Shown here one piece after another: positions 17,943-29,565 of a stretch of 32,000 nucleotides of DNA. The notes under the pieces were generated by a model. That model saw only the letters and a list, made by a program, of their open reading frames with translations. It ran no database searches and was not told the DNA's origin. Source of the DNA: Trichodesmium erythraeum IMS101. GTDB taxonomy: Bacteria; Cyanobacteriota; Cyanobacteriia; Cyanobacteriales; Microcoleaceae. The first letter of the stretch is position 1, and each line of letters starts with the position of its first letter. The DNA is taken from contig NC_008312.1 in NCBI RefSeq assembly GCF_000014265.1, positions 6,360,001-6,392,000 on the forward strand, written 5' to 3'. The translations under genes and the position numbers were made by a program.

Positions 17943-19145
17943 ATGCAACAAACTATTTATCTAGACAACAACGCTACCACTAAAGTTGATGAGGCAGTGT
18001 TAGAGGAAATGCTGCCTTACCTGAGTCAGTTTTATGGTAATCCCTCTAGTATGCACACTTTTGGCGGAAAAGTTGGTAAGGCTACGAGAAAAGCGCGATC
18101 GCAAGTAGCAGCTTTACTCAACGCCGAAGATACAGAAATTATTTTTACCAGTTGTGGTACTGAGGGTGATAATGCTGCTATTCGAGCTGCTCTTACTGCT
18201 CAACCTAATAAACGGCATATTATTACTACTCAAGTAGAACACCCAGCAGTTTTGAGTCTCTGTAAGTATTTGGAGAAGCAGGGGTATACAGTTACTTATC
18301 TATCAGTAGATAGCCAGGGAATGATAGATTTAACTGAACTGGAAGCTGCTATTACAGGTAATACTGCTCTAGTTTCAGTTATGTATGCCAATAATGAAAC
18401 AGGGGTAGTTTTCCCCATAGAGAAAATTGGGCAGATAGCTAAAGAATATGGTGCGCTGTTCCATGTTGATGGGGTACAAGCAGTAGGAAAAGTGCCTTTA
18501 GATATGAAAAATAGCACTATAGATATGTTAGCTTTGTCTGGTCATAAGTTGCATGCACCTAAGGGTATTGCTGCTTTGTATGTGCGCCGCGGTACTCGCT
18601 TCCGTCCGTTATTAATTGGGGGACATCAGGAACGAGGTCGCCGTGCGGGGACTGAAAATGTACCTGGTATTATTGCTCTGGGTAAAGCCTGTGAGTTGGC
18701 AAAGGAGCATTTGGCACATATTGACAAGGAACGGGAACTGCGCGATTTGTTAGAAAATGGTATTTTGAATACTATTCCTGATTGTGCTGTTAATGGTCAT
18801 CTTATTCAAAGGTTGCCTAATACTACTAATATTGGTTTCAAGTATATTGAGGGAGAAGCAATATTGCTGCATTTGAGCCATTATGGTATCTGTGCTTCTT
18901 CAGGTTCGGCTTGCACTTCTGGATCTCTTGAGCCTTCACACGTTTTGCGGGCAATGGGTCTGCCGTATACAGTTTTACATGGTTCAATTCGTTTTTCTCT
19001 ATCACGTTATACAACTCGCCAAGAAGTTGAGGAAGTACTGGCGGTGATGCCGAGCATAGCAGAACGTTTGCGTGCTTTATCTCCCTTTAAGAACGATCAA
19101 GCTGATTGGTTGCAAGAGCGACAACAAGCAACTGTATCCTCCTAA
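17943..19145 (+). CDS. nifS: cysteine desulfurase NifS
   Basis: 400-aa ORF MQQTIYLDNNATTKVD..., SGHKLHAPKG (PLP lysine), and the active-site loop SSGSACTSGSLEPSHVL. Positioned between nifB and nifU. Confidence 0.93.
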   Translation: MQQTIYLDNNATTKVDEAVLEEMLPYLSQFYGNPSSMHTFGGKVGKATRKARSQVAALLNAEDTEIIFTSCGTEGDNAAIRAALTAQPNKRHIITTQVEHPAVLSLCKYLEKQGYTVTYLSVDSQGMIDLTELEAAITGNTALVSVMYANNETGVVFPIEKIGQIAKEYGALFHVDGVQAVGKVPLDMKNSTIDMLALSGHKLHAPKGIAALYVRRGTRFRPLLIGGHQERGRRAGTENVPGIIALGKACELAKEHLAHIDKERELRDLLENGILNTIPDCAVNGHLIQRLPNTTNIGFKYIEGEAILLHLSHYGICASSGSACTSGSLEPSHVLRAMGLPYTVLHGSIRFSLSRYTTRQEVEEVLAVMPSIAERLRALSPFKNDQADWLQERQQATVSS

Positions 19146-19320
19146 GATTTATCCTTTTTTAAGGATTGCTACACTTGATGTTGACACTACACTTTGTAGT
19201 AAAAGTAACAGAAAAGCTTGGTTGATTAAGTAACAATAATTGTAGAGGTAAAAAAGGGGTGTAAATCACGCTATAAACTCACAAAATTGTATTAAATTCA
19301 ACAAAAAAAATATTTCCTAG

Positions 19321-19356
19321 CCTAGAATATAAGAATATAAGAATATAATTTCTAGG
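19321..19356. repeat. three tandem octamers GAATATAA clamped by the inverted ends CCTAGAA / TTCTAGG
   Basis: cctaGAATATAAGAATATAAGAATATAAtttctagg read directly. Octamers are at 19325, 19333 and 19341, with terminal 7-bp inverted repeats at 19321-19327 and 19350-19356. Confidence 0.85.
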
Positions 19357-19582
19357 AGTAGTAAGTAATTTTGATGCCAATCATTTAAAAGTTATAAAAT
19401 TTTAGGAAAAAATAAGGTAAAAAGGGGTTGCTTGATTCTAAAAAATGTGTAATACTAATAATATCAAGTTTAACCCACTTCTTAAAATTAATAAGTTACT
19501 ACTCTACTAACTGGGTATTAAACTTCAAGAAAAAGCAGAATTTTTCATCAGTAAAATTAGGGTGTTCTAAACAATAAAAGCT

Positions 19583-20458
19583 ATGTGGGAATATACTGAA
19601 AAGGTAATGGATTTGTTCTATAACCCCCAAAACCAAGGAACTATTACAGACAAAAAAGAGGGGGAAAAGATAGTTAGTGGTGAAGTAGGAAGTATAGCCT
19701 GTGGAGATGCTTTAAGTCTACACCTCAAAGTAAATGAAGCCTCCGGTGAAATATTAGATGCCAAATTTCAAACCTTTGGCTGTGCAAGTGCGATAGCTTC
19801 ATCTTCTGCCCTAACAGCAATGCTCAAAGGCAAAACCATAGACGAAGCCATGAATATTAAAAACCAGGATATTGCCGGATACCTGGGAGGGCTGCCAGAA
19901 GAAAAAATGCACTGTTCAGTCATGGGAGAGGAAGCATTAGAAGCGGCAATATTTAAGTACAAAGGTATTGAAGTAGAAGTTCACGAAGAAGACGACGAAG
20001 GATCATTAGTTTGTAGTTGTTTTGCGATAACAGAAAACAAGATTAAGCGAGTTATTTTGGAAAACAATCTCAAAACAGCGGAAGAAGTAACAAACTATGT
20101 CAAAGCTGGTGGTGGTTGTGGTTCTTGTCTGGCAGATATTGATGATCTCGTCGCATCGGTTTATGAAGCGCCAGACACTACAACGCAACAAATTCCTACA
20201 ACTACTAAACCAGCAACCAACCTGACAAACTTGCAAAAAATTACATTAATTCAGCAAGTATTACAACAAGAGGTGAGGCCAGTTCTCGCCGAAGATGGAG
20301 GAGATGTTGAGTTATTCGATGTAGATGGCGATCGCGTGCTAGTCAAACTCAAAGGAGCTTGTGGTTCTTGCAGTAATGTGCTAGTAACGCTAAAAGGAGC
20401 GATCGAAGCTACATTAAAAGAACGAGTTAGTGAAAGTCTTGTAGTAGAAGCGGTATAA
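19583..20458 (+). CDS. nifU: Fe-S cluster scaffold NifU (three-domain)
   Basis: 291-aa ORF MWEYTEKVMDLFYNPQNQG.... It has an IscU-like N-domain (GSIACGDA, FQTFGCASAIASSS, HCSVMG), a central CSCF...GGGCGSC [2Fe-2S] domain and a C-terminal NifU domain (GACGSC). Confidence 0.93.
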   Translation: MWEYTEKVMDLFYNPQNQGTITDKKEGEKIVSGEVGSIACGDALSLHLKVNEASGEILDAKFQTFGCASAIASSSALTAMLKGKTIDEAMNIKNQDIAGYLGGLPEEKMHCSVMGEEALEAAIFKYKGIEVEVHEEDDEGSLVCSCFAITENKIKRVILENNLKTAEEVTNYVKAGGGCGSCLADIDDLVASVYEAPDTTTQQIPTTTKPATNLTNLQKITLIQQVLQQEVRPVLAEDGGDVELFDVDGDRVLVKLKGACGSCSNVLVTLKGAIEATLKERVSESLVVEAV

Positions 20459-20726
20459 AATAGTTACAAATATCAGTTATCAAGGTGTCTTCAATCAAAT
20501 TTAAAAAATTAACTGTTGAGTGAAAGCCACAAAAAACCAATAAAGCTAATACATTAATCACAATTTTATATATGCAGGTAATACCTGATCAAGCTTTAGG
20601 GCGAGCGCCTCCGGGCACTCTAATGTTGCTGCTAGATACACGCTGTTCTTAAGTGAACAAAATTACGAATGTTGTGCTGTAAAGTCAAAAGCCCTAGAAA
20701 CAGCAGCCACCAAACATAAAATCTAA

Positions 20727-21698
<972 letters not shown>

Positions 21699-21723
21699 GC
21701 TTAAAATCTTTGAGCACAAAAGT

Positions 21724-21745
21724 GGGGATGTACAAAATACACCCC
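21724..21745 (+). promoter_or_regulatory. stem-loop in the nifH-nifD spacer (possible mRNA processing or stability element)
   Basis: GGGG(A)TGTA (21724-21732) pairs with TACACCCC (21738-21745), giving 8 bp with one bulged A and a CAAAA loop. It starts 26 nt after the nifH stop and is followed by an A-run, not a T-run, so it is not a canonical terminator. Confidence 0.45.
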
Positions 21746-21886
21746 ATCTAAAAAAAACAATTAGTGATGAGTTTTTCTTAATTAATTTGTAGGGGTAGAT
21801 TTTGTATATACTCAAAAGGTAACTGCCCCTATTAATACAAAACTCAAATACCAAAATATTCAAATATCCGAAAGGAGATATGTAAC

Positions 21887-23344
21887 ATGGCATCTGAAAA
21901 GATTGAACAGAATAAACAGTTAATTCAAGAAGTCTTAGACGCTTATCCCGCGAAAGCTGCTAAGAGACGGAAAAAGCACCTTAACGTAATCGAAGAAAAA
22001 GGAGCTGACTGTGGCGTTAAGTCTAACGTAAAATCAGTTCCTGGTGTAATGACAACTCGTGGTTGTGCATTTGCTGGAGCGAAAGGTGTGGTTTGGGGTC
22101 CTGTTAAGGACATGGTTCACATTAGTCACGGTCCTGTTGGTTGCGGTTACTACTCTTGGGCAGGTCGTCGTAACTACTATAACGGTGTAACTGGTGTTGA
22201 TACTTTCGGTACAATGCAATTCACCTCAGATTTCCAAGAGAGAGATATTGTTTTTGGTGGAGACAAAAAGCTCGCCAAAATTATGAACGAAATTGAAGAG
22301 TTATTCCCTCTGAATGCTGGTATCACAATTGAATCTGAATGTCCAGTAGGTCTAATTGGTGATGACATTGAAGCGGTAGCGAAAAAAGCTAGCAAAGAAC
22401 TCAATAAGCCAGTTGTACCAGTACGTTGCGAAGGTTTCCGTGGTGTTTCTCAGTCATTAGGTCACCACATTGCTAACGACACAGTGCGTGACTGGGTATA
22501 CGAACCTTCTGCTAAAGTTACTAACGAAGAAATTGGTTTTGAGAAGACTCCTTATGACGTATCCTTAATTGCTGATTACAACATCGGTGGTGACGGTTGG
22601 AGTTCTCGTTTGTTATTAGATGAAATTGGCTTAAGAGTTGTTAGCCAAGCAACAGGTGACGGTACTTATAACGAAGTATTCATGGCTCCTAGGGTGAACT
22701 TAAACCTCATCCACTGCTATCGTTCTATGAACTATATCTGCCGTTACATGGAAGAAGAGTATGGTATACCTTGGGTTGAGTTCAACTTCTTCGGTCCTAG
22801 TCAAATTGCTAAGTCTCTCCGGAAGATTGCTTCTTTCTTTGATGACAAAATCAAGGAAAACACAGAAAAAGTAATTGCTAGATATCAAGAACAAGCTGAT
22901 GCAGTAATTGCTAAGTATCGTCCTCGTTTAGAAGGCAAGAAAGTAATGATGATGGTTGGTGGTCTCCGTCCACGTCACATTATTCCTGCTTTTGACGATT
23001 TAGGAATGGAAGTTATTGGTACTGGTTATGAATTTGGTCACGGTGACGACTACAAGCGTACTGCTGACTATGCTCAAGAAGGTACTCTAATCTATGATGA
23101 CGTTAGTGGCTACGAATTTGAAGAATTTGCTAAGAAATTAAAGCCAGATTTAATTGCTTCTGGTATTAAAGAGAAGTATGTTTTCCAGAAGATGGGTATG
23201 CCATTCCGTCAAATGCACTCTTGGGATTATTCTGGTCCTTATCACGGTTATGACGGATTCGCTATCTTCGCTCGTGACATGGATCTAGCTCTCAATAGCC
23301 CAACTTGGAACTTAATCAAAGCTCCTTGGAAGCAAGCTAAGTAG
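21887..23344 (+). CDS. nifD: nitrogenase MoFe protein alpha chain NifD
   Basis: 485-aa ORF with [58 protein letters not shown] and [16 protein letters not shown] (FeMo-co His ligand region). AAGGAGA RBS upstream. Confidence 0.98.
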   Translation: MASEKIEQNKQLIQEVLDAYPAKAAKRRKKHLNVIEEKGADCGVKSNVKSVPGVMTTRGCAFAGAKGVVWGPVKDMVHISHGPVGCGYYSWAGRRNYYNGVTGVDTFGTMQFTSDFQERDIVFGGDKKLAKIMNEIEELFPLNAGITIESECPVGLIGDDIEAVAKKASKELNKPVVPVRCEGFRGVSQSLGHHIANDTVRDWVYEPSAKVTNEEIGFEKTPYDVSLIADYNIGGDGWSSRLLLDEIGLRVVSQATGDGTYNEVFMAPRVNLNLIHCYRSMNYICRYMEEEYGIPWVEFNFFGPSQIAKSLRKIASFFDDKIKENTEKVIARYQEQADAVIAKYRPRLEGKKVMMMVGGLRPRHIIPAFDDLGMEVIGTGYEFGHGDDYKRTADYAQEGTLIYDDVSGYEFEEFAKKLKPDLIASGIKEKYVFQKMGMPFRQMHSWDYSGPYHGYDGFAIFARDMDLALNSPTWNLIKAPWKQAK

Positions 23345-23374
23345 AACCAGCCGCTACGCGGAAGTTATAGATTT

Positions 23375-23395
23375 AAAAGTTAAAAGTTAAAAGTA
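23375..23395. repeat. heptamer repeat AAAAGTT-AAAAGTT-AAAAGTA in the nifD-nifK spacer
   Basis: Read directly, 31 nt after the nifD stop. Confidence 0.8.
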
Positions 23396-23568
23396 TTAAT
23401 TTAACCTTTTGGCTTTGAAGATCAATTTAGGAATGGAAATGGGGTAATGCTATTATTGCTACGGCAACCCCAATACACAAACAAAAGATTTGACTGGGAA
23501 TTGGGAGTTAGAAGTTGTATTTCTTTCTTCCCCCTTCCTTCTGAAGAATACTATAGAGGATAAACACC

Positions 23569-25107
23569 ATGAGTCAGAATGTAGACAAAATTAAAGATCA
23601 CTTTCAACTTTTCCAAGAGCCAGAATACCAAGAAATGTTCGCTCGGAAAAGAGAATTTGAAGGCGGTGCTTCCAAAGAAGAAATAGAAAGAGTTCGTGAG
23701 TGGACAAAAAGTTGGGAATATCGTGAGAAGAACTTTGCTCGTGAGGCTCTAACTATCAACCCTGCTAAAGCTTGTCAGCCTTTAGGTGCAATATTTGCAG
23801 CTGCAGGTTTTGAAGGAACTCTTCCTTTTGTACATGGTTCTCAAGGATGTGTTGCTTACTTCCGTTCTCACTTAACTCGTAACTACAAAGAACCATTCCA
23901 AGCGGTTTCCTCTTCTATGACTGAAGATGCTGCTGTATTTGGTGGTCTGAAAAATATGATTGATGGTTTGGCAAACTCTTATGCTTTGTACAAGCCTAAA
24001 ATGATTGCTCTTTGCACCACTTGTATGGCAGAGGTAATTGGAGATGACTTGGGTTCATTCATTACCAACTCCAAAAATGAAGGTGCAGTACCTCAAGATT
24101 TCCCAGTTCCTTTTGCTCACACTCCTAGCTTTGTTGGTTCTCATATCACAGGCTATGACAATATGCTCAAGGGTATCCTAATAGCTCTTACTGACGGTAA
24201 GAAGACAGAAACTGATAATGGAAAAATCAACTTTATCCCTGGTTTCGACCCTTACATTGGCAACATCCGGGATTTAAAGAATATTCTGTCTTTAATGGAT
24301 GTTCCTAGCACTGTTTTAGCTGACAACGCTGAGAGTTTTGATTCTCCTAACTTGGGTGAATTCAAGATGTACAATGGTGGTACAACTCTAGAAGAAGCGG
24401 GTGATTCCATCAATGCTAAAGCTACTATTTCCTTCCAAAAATACAGCACTCCTAAGACTCTAGAGTACCTGAAACAAGAAGGTGGTCAAAAAACAGCTAC
24501 ATACCGCCCTATTGGTGTTCGTGGTACAGATGAGTTCTTAATGGCTTTGTCTGAATTGACTGGTAAGGCTATTCCTGAAGAGTTAGAAATTGAGCGTGGT
24601 CGTGTAGTTGATGCTATCACTGACTCTCAAGCTTGGTTGCACGGTAAGCGTATTGCTATCTACGGTGATCCTGACCATGTATTGGGCTTGTTGAATTTCA
24701 CTCTAGAATTAGGTATGCAACCAGTTCACGTTGTTGTAAATAACGGTAACGTTGCTGGTTTTGAAGAAGAAGCTAAGGAATTGTTAGCTAATGATCCTAA
24801 TGGCAAAGAAGCTACAGTTTGGATCGGTAAGGACTTATGGCACTTACGTTCATTGTTGGATACTGAGCCAGTTGATTTGTTAATTGGTAACTCATACGGT
24901 AAGTTCCTACAACGTGACACTGGTACTCCATTAGTACGTATTGGCTATCCTATTTTCGACCGCCATCACCAACACCGTTATTCTATCTTAGGATATAAGG
25001 GAGCATTCAACCTCATCAACTGGATCGTTAATACTATCCTTGATGAATTAGACCGTGGTAGCATGGATCTAGGTGTTAACGATACATCTTTTGACTTGGT
25101 TCGTTAA
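23569..25107 (+). CDS. nifK: nitrogenase MoFe protein beta chain NifK
   Basis: 512-aa ORF with [51 protein letters not shown] and [15 protein letters not shown], the NifK P-cluster ligand context. Confidence 0.98.
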   Translation: MSQNVDKIKDHFQLFQEPEYQEMFARKREFEGGASKEEIERVREWTKSWEYREKNFAREALTINPAKACQPLGAIFAAAGFEGTLPFVHGSQGCVAYFRSHLTRNYKEPFQAVSSSMTEDAAVFGGLKNMIDGLANSYALYKPKMIALCTTCMAEVIGDDLGSFITNSKNEGAVPQDFPVPFAHTPSFVGSHITGYDNMLKGILIALTDGKKTETDNGKINFIPGFDPYIGNIRDLKNILSLMDVPSTVLADNAESFDSPNLGEFKMYNGGTTLEEAGDSINAKATISFQKYSTPKTLEYLKQEGGQKTATYRPIGVRGTDEFLMALSELTGKAIPEELEIERGRVVDAITDSQAWLHGKRIAIYGDPDHVLGLLNFTLELGMQPVHVVVNNGNVAGFEEEAKELLANDPNGKEATVWIGKDLWHLRSLLDTEPVDLLIGNSYGKFLQRDTGTPLVRIGYPIFDRHHQHRYSILGYKGAFNLINWIVNTILDELDRGSMDLGVNDTSFDLVR

Positions 25108-25164
25108 GCGATCGCCACAAAAAAAGTCAGTGTTAGTTATATTAGTGGCACTGGCTATTTCAAT

Positions 25165-25200
25165 AAAGGAGGTAAAGTTACAAGTTTCCCTCCTTTTTTT
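25165..25200 (+). terminator. Rho-independent terminator after nifK
   Basis: AAAGGAGG (25165-25172) pairs with CCTCCTTT (25189-25196) across a 16-nt loop, running into TTTTTTT (25194-25200). It begins 58 nt after the nifK stop. Confidence 0.65.
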
Positions 25201-25520
25201 ATATCCTTCTACTTTATTTGCAGATTTGTCTGTTTTGGATATATTCTCGTTTCATTGAGCAGCAGACGCACTATTTTAGCAACAGTCCAGTCGGCTACTT
25301 GATACGGCATAAATTCAAACTATATAATGGATTTAGTAGTCTGTCGTCCGCACTCTTTTAGATGTGTCAATTCATTACTAAAATCTATTTGTTAGGTTTC
25401 GTTACTTAACCCAACCGACAAAATGCTAACCTTTATACAAAAATCATAATAAAAATTTGTCATTCTAAGATTAAATACTCCATCCCCGCCCCATAGTAGT
25501 TAATAAAGAGACTTAATAAC

Positions 25521-28331
25521 ATGGCTATGATAACCCCAGGCAAAGTTGCCGAACTTTTAAATGAGCCAGGTTGCGAACACAACCATCAAAAAAATAACGG
25601 AGATAAAAAACAGAAAGGCTGCCAGCAACAAGCAGCACCCGGAGCTGCTCAAGGGGGTTGTGCCTTTGATGGTGCTAGTATTGCTCTAGTTCCAATTACA
25701 GATGCAGCTCACCTGGTTCACGGTCCTTTAGGTTGTTCTGGTAACTCCTGGGGAGCTCGTGGAAGTCTTTCCTCCAGTTCCCATCTATACAAAATGGGTT
25801 TCACCACTGATATGGGTGAAAATGACATTATTATGGGCGGAGAGAAAAAATTATTGAGGGCGATCGCTGAATTAAAAAAACGTTATCAACCTCCTGCTAT
25901 ATTTGTCTATGCCACCTGTGTTACTGCTTTAATTGGAGATGACCTAGAAACAGTTTGTAAAGTCGCTACTAAAAAATTAGAAATTCCGGTCATTCCCGTT
26001 AACTCTCCTGGTTTCATCGGTAGCAAAAATCTGGGTAACCGGGTTGGCGCAGAAGCATTATTAGACCATGTAGTAGGTACGGCAGAACCTGAATTTACTA
26101 CACCTTATGACATAAACCTAATTGGGGAATATAATATTGCTGGGGAAATGTGGGCAATGTTACCCCTGTTTGAAAAAGTTGGCATTCGGGTATTGTCAAA
26201 AATCACGGGAGATGCTACTTACAAAGAAGTTTGTTATGCCCACCGTGCCAAACTCAACGTTATGATCTGCTCTAAAGCTATGATCAATATGGCACGAAAA
26301 ATGGAGGAAGAATATGGCATTCCTTACATTGAAGAATCATTTTATGGTGTTGCTGATATTAATAACTGCCTCCGGAATATTGCTGCCAAAATTGGGGATG
26401 CTGGCCTGCAAGAACGGACAGAAAAACTGATCGCTGAAGAAACAACTATTCTTGAAGAAATATTAGAACCCTATCGCCAACGTCTAAAAGGTAAAAAAGT
26501 TGTACTCTACACAGGTGGGGTGAAAAGTTGGTCTATTATTTCGGCAGCTAAAGATTTAGAGATGGATGTGGTTGCTACTAGCACCAAGAAAAGTACAGAA
26601 GAGGATAAGGCTAAAATCAAAAAGTTGCTCGGTAAAGATGGTATTTTGCTAGAAAAAGGTAATGCCGAAATACTCTTAAAAGTAATTGCCGAGACTAAAG
26701 CTGATATGCTTATAGCAGGTGGTCGTAACCAGTATACTGCTCTCAAAGCCCGAATTCCCTTTTTACACATTAACCAAGAACGTCATCATCCCTACGCCGG
26801 ATATCATGGGATGATAGAAATGGCTAAAGAATTAGATGAAGCTCTCTATAGTCCGGTTTGGGAACAGGTGAGACAACCGGCACCTTGGTTAGAGGCATGT
26901 CAGTTAGATGATGTTTTGGCTGTTGAAACTTTACCAAGTTTAACTAATATTCCACCAACAACAGTCAATTTTCATAAACAATCATTATCCACAAATCCTC
27001 TGAAACTCAGTCAACCTTTGGGTGCGGCTTTAGCATACTTAGGAATTAATGGGATGATGCCAATGTTCCACGGTACTCAAGGTTGTACTGCTTTTGCTAA
27101 GGTATTATTGGTGAATCACTTCCAGGAAGCTATTCCCTTGTCTACTACTGCTATGAGTGAAGTGACAACTATTTTGGGAGGGGAGGATAACATTGATAAA
27201 GCGCTGCTGACTCAGCTTGAGAAGTCAAAACCAAAGGTAATTGGTTTGTTGACTACTGGTTTAACTGAAACCAGAGGGGATGACATGGAGCGTATTCTTA
27301 AGAAATTTAGGGAAGAGCATCCAGAATTAGATGGGTTCCCCATATTAAATGTTTCTAGTCCAGATTATAAGGGTTCTGCTCAGGACGGTTTTGCTACTAC
27401 AGTAGAATGTATAGTAGGTTATGATTATGGGGAGCCTATTCCCAAAGAAATTAAAAAACCTTTGATTACAATTTTAGCTGGTTCTTGTCTTGCTCCTGGA
27501 GATGTCCAGGAAATCAAGGATATTGTAGAAGATTTTGGGTTCATTCCAATAGTTGTACCGGACTTATCTCAGTCTTTGGACGGGCATTTAATTGATGATA
27601 TTTATAGTGCTACAAGCTCAGGTGGTACCACAATAGAGGATTTGCGTAATTTACGTCACTCATCTTTCACCTTTGCTATTGGGGAAAGTATGCGAAATGC
27701 AGCTATAATTTTGCAAGAAAAATTTGGTACTCAATATCAAGTGTTCTCTCGGTTGACTGGTTTGGGTGCTGTAGATAGTTTCATGTTAAAATTGTCTCAG
27801 CTAATTGTATCTCGAATTGATCCTCATCTTGACAAAGGCTGTGAAGTTCCTGAGAAATACCTACGCCAACGCCGTCAGTTACAGGATGCGATGTTGGATA
27901 CTCACTTCTATTTTGGGCATAAGCAAGTATCTATTGCCCTGGAACCAGATTTACTTTGGGCAACAAGTTGGTTTGTGCGAGAAATGGGGGGAGATATTCA
28001 TTCTGCTGTCACAACTACGCGATCGCCGTTACTTGAAAAATTACCTACGGAAAATGTGATAGTTGGGGACTTGGGAGATTTAGAAGAAGTGGCAGCAGGT
28101 TCGGATTTACTAATTACCAATTCTCGTGGTAAGATAATATCTGAGAAGTTAAATATTGATCTCTATCGGATGGGAATGCCAATTTACGATCGCCTTGGTA
28201 ATGGTCAACGTTGTTCTGTTGGTTACCGTGGTACAATGAATTTATTATTTGATATTGGTAATATTTTCCTAGAGCAAGAGGAATCAAAAATTCACACCAA
28301 TGATTATTCATTATTAAGTACTCAGGCATAA
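25521..28331 (+). CDS. nifEN: fused NifE-NifN FeMo-cofactor scaffold (single 936-aa polypeptide)
   Basis: The N-terminal ~456 aa are NifE-like (GGCAFDGASIALVPITDAAHLVHGPLGCSGNSW, ATCVTALIGDD, ...YSPVWEQVRQPAPW). From about aa 490 the sequence is NifN-like (NPLKLSQPLGAALAYLGINGMMPMFHGTQGCTAF, TTGLTETRGDD). The ~34-aa linker (nt 26889-26990) has no stop codon in frame. Confidence 0.9.
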   Translation: MAMITPGKVAELLNEPGCEHNHQKNNGDKKQKGCQQQAAPGAAQGGCAFDGASIALVPITDAAHLVHGPLGCSGNSWGARGSLSSSSHLYKMGFTTDMGENDIIMGGEKKLLRAIAELKKRYQPPAIFVYATCVTALIGDDLETVCKVATKKLEIPVIPVNSPGFIGSKNLGNRVGAEALLDHVVGTAEPEFTTPYDINLIGEYNIAGEMWAMLPLFEKVGIRVLSKITGDATYKEVCYAHRAKLNVMICSKAMINMARKMEEEYGIPYIEESFYGVADINNCLRNIAAKIGDAGLQERTEKLIAEETTILEEILEPYRQRLKGKKVVLYTGGVKSWSIISAAKDLEMDVVATSTKKSTEEDKAKIKKLLGKDGILLEKGNAEILLKVIAETKADMLIAGGRNQYTALKARIPFLHINQERHHPYAGYHGMIEMAKELDEALYSPVWEQVRQPAPWLEACQLDDVLAVETLPSLTNIPPTTVNFHKQSLSTNPLKLSQPLGAALAYLGINGMMPMFHGTQGCTAFAKVLLVNHFQEAIPLSTTAMSEVTTILGGEDNIDKALLTQLEKSKPKVIGLLTTGLTETRGDDMERILKKFREEHPELDGFPILNVSSPDYKGSAQDGFATTVECIVGYDYGEPIPKEIKKPLITILAGSCLAPGDVQEIKDIVEDFGFIPIVVPDLSQSLDGHLIDDIYSATSSGGTTIEDLRNLRHSSFTFAIGESMRNAAIILQEKFGTQYQVFSRLTGLGAVDSFMLKLSQLIVSRIDPHLDKGCEVPEKYLRQRRQLQDAMLDTHFYFGHKQVSIALEPDLLWATSWFVREMGGDIHSAVTTTRSPLLEKLPTENVIVGDLGDLEEVAAGSDLLITNSRGKIISEKLNIDLYRMGMPIYDRLGNGQRCSVGYRGTMNLLFDIGNIFLEQEESKIHTNDYSLLSTQA

Positions 28332-28519
28332 ATAAATGAATCTTTGGCATTCAGGCTGAGTTAAACTAATAGTTTGACAAGATAAAAAATTGGAACAAAT
28401 TTTAACAATTGCCTGATTTTGCCGTTTATTTTAGTCTGTGAACCCACAAGCTTGTTATCAAGGGCTAATAGTTTTTTTCTATTAGTTTTTGGTACATACA
28501 ATAAGGAGAAAAAGTAACA

Positions 28520-28939
28520 ATGAAAGTTGCATTTGCCACAACTGATTTTATTCATATAGATGGTCACTTTGGTTCTGCCAAACAAATGGCATTGTATGAA
28601 ATAAATGACACAGGATATCAAGCTCTAGAACCCATGACTTTTGGTGGTAATTTAGAGCAAGATGCTTCCAAGCAAGATAAACTAGAAAAACTTCATGCCA
28701 AGGTTGAAGCTTTGCTCGACTGCACGATCGTTTATGTGCTAGAAATTGGTGGACCGGCAGCAGGTCGTTTAATTAATAAAAAAGTTACTCCAATGAAGTC
28801 AACTTCAGAAGAACAAACAATTGCTGAAGTCCTTGATAAATTGGTACAAACATTAAAAGGCAATCCCCCCCCTTGGTTAAGGAAAGCTTTACAAAAATCT
28901 TCTGAATCTGACTTAGAAGCTGCACTTGAAGAGGTATAA
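28520..28939 (+). CDS. nifX: FeMo-cofactor carrier protein NifX
   Basis: 139-aa ORF MKVAFATTDFIHIDGHFGSAKQMALYEI..., a NifX/NifB-C-terminal family pattern. AAGGAGA RBS upstream. Position after nifEN. Confidence 0.9.
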   Translation: MKVAFATTDFIHIDGHFGSAKQMALYEINDTGYQALEPMTFGGNLEQDASKQDKLEKLHAKVEALLDCTIVYVLEIGGPAAGRLINKKVTPMKSTSEEQTIAEVLDKLVQTLKGNPPPWLRKALQKSSESDLEAALEEV

Positions 28940-28943
28940 AACT

Positions 28944-29414
28944 ATGACAGTTCAAACAGAAACAACAACAACAACTGACATTTATTCTGCACCTTTTATT
29001 AAGGAATTAATTAGATCAATTCAAGCTCAGGACTCCTATGGAGTATATAAATCTTGGTCTCCCGAATTAATTCTTAAGCCTTACATTGTTAGCAAGCAAG
29101 AAAAGCGCCAGATTTCTACTGATGAAGAAGTCAACCCCATGACTTTGGCTCGAATTAAGTTATTCTACAATGCAATAGCTACTAGCATTGAATTAGAAAC
29201 TAATGAAATTATGCAAGTAGTTGTTAATATCAACCATGAAGGATTTGGTTGGGCTTTGGTATTTTGCGGTCGTCTTTTGGTGGTTGCTAGAACTTTACGA
29301 GATGCTCAACGTTTTGGGTTTACTTCTCTAGAAAAAATGGAAGATGAAGGAGAAAAAATGGCTAAAGCTGGCATTGAGTTGGCGAAAAAATATAAAGAAG
29401 TTTGTAAACTATAA
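28944..29414 (+). CDS. NifX-associated nitrogen fixation protein (DUF269 family)
   Basis: The track ORF begins at TTG 28926, inside nifX. I prefer the in-frame ATG at 28944, 4 nt after the nifX stop and preceded by GAAGAGG. The sequence ...FIKELIRSIQAQDSYG...HEGFGWALVFCGRLLVVARTLRDAQRFGFTSLEKM matches the conserved DUF269 core found after nifX. Confidence 0.85.
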   Translation: MTVQTETTTTTDIYSAPFIKELIRSIQAQDSYGVYKSWSPELILKPYIVSKQEKRQISTDEEVNPMTLARIKLFYNAIATSIELETNEIMQVVVNINHEGFGWALVFCGRLLVVARTLRDAQRFGFTSLEKMEDEGEKMAKAGIELAKKYKEVCKL

Positions 29415-29565
29415 AAAATTAAGCTTTTCCTGAGTTTGAGAGGTAAATTATATAAATATTCTGTGAATATTTAACAGCCTCTATATAGGAAAATATGACA
29501 ATTTTTGTTGTTCTCAAAAATCTCCAACTCAATTAAAGTTGGCAACATTTATTGTTATTTTTATC

